From: an uncultured SAR86 cluster bacterium
Lineage (GTDB): Bacteria; Pseudomonadota; Gammaproteobacteria; Magnimaribacterales; AG-339-G14
Direction: 5' to 3'
DNA length: 55,241 bases
Assembly (NCBI GenBank): GCA_902527995.1
Contig: CABZRA010000004.1
Span: forward strand, 1 to 55,241
A model generated the notes under the pieces. The model worked only from the letters and a program-made list of their open reading frames with translations. It did not search any database and was not told the DNA's origin. Below are positions 50,654 through 55,241 of this stretch, piece by piece. Each line of letters starts with the position of its first letter. Within the stretch, counting starts at the first letter, position 1. Made by a program: the position numbers and the translations under genes.

Positions 50654-51460
50654 TTAAATTGTCCCCATACAAATTGCATATTCACTTTTTTCATGAAAAG
50701 CGACTTCAATTTCAGCTAACTTAAATCCATCTTCTAAAATTTCCCTCATTAAAGTATATTTTTGCGTTCGCCCTATTACATATACTTTTTTAATTTCATA
50801 AAAATAAGCAGAAGTTATTGCTGTTTTTAAAATAGTTTGTCCGACCATGCTAATTATTCCTGCAGCTAGATCCTCCTTTGAACAATCAGAAAATTCACTT
50901 TTGCCGAAATTCACCGCGCTAGCTGTTTCTGGTAGGTTGCCTATTGGTCCAGAAACCACGTCTTTCAGAAGTAAATCAACTTTTTCTTTTTCACCTTTGG
51001 CCGAAAGAGAATTTATGATTTCATGCGAATCCTCTTTAATAATTAAACTACAAAGTCCTTTGATCGTGCCACCTCCAAGTCCTGTCCCTCCAGAATGAAA
51101 AATTTCATTGTTATTTTTTATTGCACAGGCAGAGCCGGAACCTAAACTAATTACCATAAAAGAGTTTTCTTCAGGATTGAATAGAGAAATAGCTCCTTTA
51201 ACGATGGCATCGATTTCGTTGAAATGATCTATTTTAATTTGCTCGTAAGATGATGGAAGGTCTAAATGTTTACCTCCGGTAACTCCTATTTTTGATAAGT
51301 TATCAACCTCAGAGACACAAGAATCTATAATCTCTTTTAGGAAATTAACTGATGCCCCCTTCGAATCAAAGGATTTAAACTCGAGTTCTGAGTTTTTGGA
51401 AATAACAACGTCGGTGTTAGTAATACCGAAGTCTATTCCTAATTTTGTAGATTTAGCCAT
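50654..51460 (-). CDS. Type II (Fumble/CoaW-like) pantothenate kinase-like protein
   Basis: GIDFG, NEIDA, SLGSG, GGTGLGGGT, VDLLLKD, NFGK, EDLAAG. Likely ATG start at 51460; the ORF track uses TTG at 51481. Confidence 0.78.
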   Translation of the reverse strand: MAKSTKLGIDFGITNTDVVISKNSELEFKSFDSKGASVNFLKEIIDSCVSEVDNLSKIGVTGGKHLDLPSSYEQIKIDHFNEIDAIVKGAISLFNPEENSFMVISLGSGSACAIKNNNEIFHSGGTGLGGGTIKGLCSLIIKEDSHEIINSLSAKGEKEKVDLLLKDVVSGPIGNLPETASAVNFGKSEFSDCSKEDLAAGIISMVGQTILKTAITSAYFYEIKKVYVIGRTQKYTLMREILEDGFKLAEIEVAFHEKSEYAICMGTI

Positions 51461-51494
51461 ATTGCTGTTACTAACAGGCAATATAGATTAAAAA

Positions 51495-52646
51495 CTAAGC
51501 GTTTGCTTGAGCTTCTTGAATTGCTGCAAGCATCTCATCTGAATCTTTTTTAACTTCTTCAGATGATTCAAGAGGTTTAGAAATTTCTGCCCAGTCAATT
51601 TCGTAATCGCTAGTTGCATTTTCGTATTCTAGGATACCCAACTCTTCGTATCTTGGCCTTATTGATTCAGTTAATAGTCCAATTCTTTTAAGATTAGGCA
51701 TTACTCTAGAAAATAAGAAACTTCTAAATTGGTCAAGCCCCCCGTTATTTAGTTGGAAAACTCTGGCCTCTTCTTCAGACATCTTTAAAAATTTTGACAT
51801 TGCTTTAGTGTTGATCAATCTTTCTTTAGAGACCACACAAGCTTCAAAAGCGAATTCAGCTCTTTCCTCTATTTCTTCAGGAGATAAAGTTTTTACAAAA
51901 TCTTCTAAGTAATTTATACCAAAAGTGACGTGTCTAGCTTCATCTCTAATTATGTAGTGAAGAAGTGTTTGTAATAAAGGGTCCCTTGCTGATAATTTCA
52001 TATTTGTGAAAGCTGCGAGAGCAAGTCCTTCAATAATAATCTGCATTCCAATGAACTTTAGATCCCATCTTTCGTCGGTAAGTATTTTGTCTAATAAAGC
52101 TTTTAAATTAGGGTTAATGGGATAATGAAACCCAATTTTTTCCTGCAAATATCTGTTAAAAACTTCTACGTGTCTAGCTTCGTCAAAAGTTTGTGAAGCC
52201 GCATACATTTTTGCGTTGAAGGTAGGAGCACAGCTAGCGATCTGAGAAGCAACCAAAAGCGCTCCTTGTTCACCATGCAAAAATTGACATAAAACTTCAG
52301 CAGTTTCGTGCCTATCAAATTCAATTTTTTCTTCGTCCGATAAAGCTTTATATGAGTCTAATTGTTCATGAGGAAATTCTACTCCATCAACTCCTAGAAG
52401 CTTCTCATCCTTTGGATGATTGTAACTCCAATCAAGATCAATCGATCCATTCCAATTGAGTTCTTTTCCTAATTCATAAAGTTTTTTTATTCTATTTTCA
52501 GCAACCGTGTAGTCCCAATTGTAAGATCCAGTAAGGGGCGTGTTGAAAATCTCAACTACGTCTTCAACGTCTTTTTCTTTAAGGTCTAGTTCATCATCGA
52601 AATAGACTAAATCTTCAGGTGGCCCAGGTCTTTTAGTAATTTTCAT
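51495..52646 (-). CDS. Ferritin-like di-iron protein (AurF-like oxygenase superfamily)
   Basis: LHGEQGAL, DEARHVEVF, IIEGLAL, DEARHVTFG: two E...DExxH sets. Confidence 0.85.
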   Translation of the reverse strand: MKITKRPGPPEDLVYFDDELDLKEKDVEDVVEIFNTPLTGSYNWDYTVAENRIKKLYELGKELNWNGSIDLDWSYNHPKDEKLLGVDGVEFPHEQLDSYKALSDEEKIEFDRHETAEVLCQFLHGEQGALLVASQIASCAPTFNAKMYAASQTFDEARHVEVFNRYLQEKIGFHYPINPNLKALLDKILTDERWDLKFIGMQIIIEGLALAAFTNMKLSARDPLLQTLLHYIIRDEARHVTFGINYLEDFVKTLSPEEIEERAEFAFEACVVSKERLINTKAMSKFLKMSEEEARVFQLNNGGLDQFRSFLFSRVMPNLKRIGLLTESIRPRYEELGILEYENATSDYEIDWAEISKPLESSEEVKKDSDEMLAAIQEAQANA

Positions 52647-52681
52647 TGATATAAATTATTCCTTTGCAGCAATAAAGTCAA
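52647..52681 (-). promoter_or_regulatory. Sigma70-like promoter abutting the start codon of the di-iron gene
   Basis: TTGACT (52681-76)-17 nt-TAATTT (52658-53)-6 nt-ATG. Confidence 0.7.
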
Positions 52682-52693
52682 TAGATAAGAAAG

Positions 52694-54457
52694 CTATACT
52701 GAAGCTTTGTTTTCAGCGAATAATTCAGTTAGCTGCTCTAACATAACTCCCCCTAGTTCTTCTGCTCGGTGAATAGTTACAGCTTTAGAATAATATCTTG
52801 TAACATCATGCCCGATTCCGATTGCTATCAGATCGACATCTGTTTTATTTTCTATGTCTTTTATTACTGATTTTAAGTGATTATCTAAATAACTAGTGGA
52901 ATTGGTCGATAAAGTACTGTCATCCACGGGAGCGCCATCAGAAATTACCATTAAAATTTGTCTTTGTTCCGGTCTTTTGAAAAGTCTGCTGCAAGCCCAA
53001 AGTAAAGCTTCACCATCAACATTTTCTTTCAAAAGGCCCTCTCTCAGCATCAAGCCTAAGTTCTTTTTTGCTCTTCGCCAGGCAAGATCAGCAGGTTTGA
53101 AAATTATATGACTTAAATCGTTTAACCTTCCTGGGTTATTTGGTTTACCGCATTCGACCCAGAGTTTTCTGCTGTCACCGCCTTTCCAATGCTTCGTTGT
53201 AAAACCAAGTATCTCCGTCTTAATATTACATCTATCGAGAGTAGCTCCAATGATGTCAGCAGAGATAGCAGCTGTTGTCATGGATCTTCCTCTCATAGAA
53301 CCTGAACTATCTACTAAGATCGTTACAATTGTGTCTTTAAATTTGGTATCTTTTTCTTGTTTAAAACTCAATGGGGTGAGAGGGTCTGTAATAATTTTTG
53401 TCAATTTTGAAGTATCCAAAATACCTTCATCTTTATCGTATTCCCAAGACCTATTTTGTTGTGCCAACAAAAGTCTTTGCAGTCTATTTGCTAGTTTTGC
53501 TATTACATTTTTACTTGGGTCAATTAACTGGTCTAATCTTAATCTGAGTCTTTTCAATTCTTCTTGGGCACATAGATCTTCGGCATCTACAACTTCATCA
53601 AAATCTCTACAAAAAACTTTATATTCATGGCTGTTTTCGATGTTAAATAATTCTTCAAGCTTAGATCTATTCTCGATCCAGTTTTCATCATTTTCTTCTA
53701 CTTCTTCCTCTTCAAATTCCATTTCTTCAGAAGTTTCTGATTCTGTCGGTGTTTCTTCCGAGGAGCCTTGTTCTTCTTGAGATTCATCCTCTTGATTATC
53801 CTCCTCTGTATCATTCTCATCATTGTCATCTTCAGAGGAATTTTCTTCTTTTTGTTCTTCTTCTTCTTCAAATTTAATATCTAGTTCATTAAGTAAATTT
53901 TTAATGGTTTCCAGGTAAAGCTCTTTATTTTTAAGATTTTCTTTTAAGAGGGGGATGAATTGTTTTTCAAGTTTTCTTAAATCTTTATCTAAAGGTTTGA
54001 GAATATCTTCTTCAAGAGGAACAAGTTTATTTTTCAATATTTTATGTTTCAACCATATATCGAGAGTCTTATTAACACTCTCAAGAGCAGATTTAGGTTC
54101 AAACAAAGGAAGTTCATCGACAAAATTTTTACGAAGATTATTTTTCAAGCCTTTGAATTGAAGTGAGCCTAAAATTTCAATTCGAACATTATTTTGTTCA
54201 TTCAAACTTTGATCTAGTTCTAAAACTCCGGTTGAACTATTTTTGCGTTCGTATGAAAATTTTTCTTTTAAAGCTACTTTGTCAGCTTTTGCTCTACTGA
54301 GAGCTAAATTTTCTAGAGACAAGTCATTTAAAGGAACTGAGTTTGATTGAATTGAGTCATGGCCAAAACTTATTTCTAGTTCTTGTTTTAAAGAAATTGC
54401 TCTAGTAGAAGACGAAAGCGCTTCTTTAATTACTTGTTCTTTTGATCTGTCACTCAA
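52694..54457 (-). CDS. cobT: Cobaltochelatase CobT subunit (vWA domain)
   Basis: [55 protein letters not shown], acidic linker. Confidence 0.92.
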   Translation of the reverse strand: MSDRSKEQVIKEALSSSTRAISLKQELEISFGHDSIQSNSVPLNDLSLENLALSRAKADKVALKEKFSYERKNSSTGVLELDQSLNEQNNVRIEILGSLQFKGLKNNLRKNFVDELPLFEPKSALESVNKTLDIWLKHKILKNKLVPLEEDILKPLDKDLRKLEKQFIPLLKENLKNKELYLETIKNLLNELDIKFEEEEEQKEENSSEDDNDENDTEEDNQEDESQEEQGSSEETPTESETSEEMEFEEEEVEENDENWIENRSKLEELFNIENSHEYKVFCRDFDEVVDAEDLCAQEELKRLRLRLDQLIDPSKNVIAKLANRLQRLLLAQQNRSWEYDKDEGILDTSKLTKIITDPLTPLSFKQEKDTKFKDTIVTILVDSSGSMRGRSMTTAAISADIIGATLDRCNIKTEILGFTTKHWKGGDSRKLWVECGKPNNPGRLNDLSHIIFKPADLAWRRAKKNLGLMLREGLLKENVDGEALLWACSRLFKRPEQRQILMVISDGAPVDDSTLSTNSTSYLDNHLKSVIKDIENKTDVDLIAIGIGHDVTRYYSKAVTIHRAEELGGVMLEQLTELFAENKASV

Positions 54458-55143
54458 TCTTGATCTATTAAATTACTAATTGAGTCCGAGGTTTCTTGAT
54501 CAAAGCATCTTTGAAAATACTCAGCAATAATTGGCTTTTCTGTTTCATCACATTTATTCAAAAAGCTCAATTCAAAAGAAGAAACTAGATCGGAAAAAAT
54601 TTGATAATTTTCTGCCCAACTAATTACTGTTCTTGGAGACATTAGGTTTGAAATATCCCCATTCTTAAATCCCTCTCTAGTGAGATTTGCGAGCTCAATC
54701 ATATTTTTAACTATTTCAGAACCTTTTTTATTGTCTAAATTTTTAACCTTTGACAAAACCACCTTGGTCTCAAGCTCAACACTAAGGTAATTTAAACATG
54801 ACACAATCTGCCATCTATCCATTTGTCCTTGGTTGATTTGTTGTGTGCCATGATAAAGTCCAGTGCTATCGCCAAGACCTACTGTGTTGGCCGTTGCAAA
54901 AAGTCTAAAAAATGGATTTGGGGTTAGAACCCTATTCTGATCTAAAAGCGTAAGTCTTCCATCAACTTCTAAGACCCTTTGTATAACAAACATCACGTCA
55001 GGTCTACCAGCATCGTACTCGTCAAAAACAAGAGCTGTTGGGTTTTGAATTGCCCAGGGAAGGATTCCTTCTTGAAACTTTGTGACTTGCTTATCTTTTT
55101 CTAATGTTATTGCATCTTTTCCAAGAAGATCCAATCTGCTGAT
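54454..55143 (-). CDS. cobS: Cobaltochelatase CobS AAA+ subunit, 5'-truncated as assembled
   Basis: [56 protein letters not shown]. The N-terminus with Walker A is missing; in-frame TGA at 55173-55171. Confidence 0.9.
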   Translation of the reverse strand: MSRLDLLGKDAITLEKDKQVTKFQEGILPWAIQNPTALVFDEYDAGRPDVMFVIQRVLEVDGRLTLLDQNRVLTPNPFFRLFATANTVGLGDSTGLYHGTQQINQGQMDRWQIVSCLNYLSVELETKVVLSKVKNLDNKKGSEIVKNMIELANLTREGFKNGDISNLMSPRTVISWAENYQIFSDLVSSFELSFLNKCDETEKPIIAEYFQRCFDQETSDSISNLIDQD

Positions 55144-55241
55144 GGGACTGGCAATATTTGCAACCTGAGCTCAAACTAGATGCTAAGGCAATCAATTGTT
55201 TCGAAGCAATATCAAGAACATCGGTGCTAAAAACACTCGCA
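55142..55241 (-). other. Fragment of an AhpD/carboxymuconolactone decarboxylase-family gene joined to cobS
   Basis: Minus-strand frame from 55240 reads [33 protein letters not shown] (CxYCxxH motif). Confidence 0.75.

Noticed and set aside
53250-53870. Ser-rich 176-aa + strand ORF and TTC-rich repeat-like tract
   Set aside because: Antisense of the acidic Glu/Asp linker typical of CobT.

Overview
Core-chromosome segment of a streamlined, AT-rich marine-type Gammaproteobacterium. The 16S sequence and gene content suggest the SAR86/SAR156 group; this is inferred by eye, not from a database search. The window is almost fully coding, with about 50 mostly housekeeping genes: tatABC-hisE-ubiB-ubiE, orn-miaB-phoH-ybeY-corC, oxyR-katG, coaD/mutM, tolC/thiC, parE-parC, argD, PPi-type pfk, mpl, L31, acyl-CoA metabolism genes, acs, folK, dksA, thiDE, argC-erpA, anmK, tyrS. 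These are followed by a complete tRNA-less 16S-23S-5S operon and a cobS-cobT / di-iron ferritin-like / type II PanK-like block. No CRISPR, integrase, transposase or tRNA was seen. Main observations: (1) at least ten transcription-unit-leading genes have a TAnnnT -10 box 6-7 nt before the start codon and no Shine-Dalgarno, suggesting pervasive leaderless mRNAs, including a riboswitch-less thiC; (2) an isolated divergent pair of phage-type genes (replication-initiator-like domain plus MazG/DR2231-type pyrophosphohydrolase) sits among housekeeping genes; (3) CobST without an adjacent cobN lies next to a di-iron protein and a divergent type II PanK; (4) the last ~100 bp are an AhpD/CMD-family gene fragment joined into cobS, probably a chimera or deletion.
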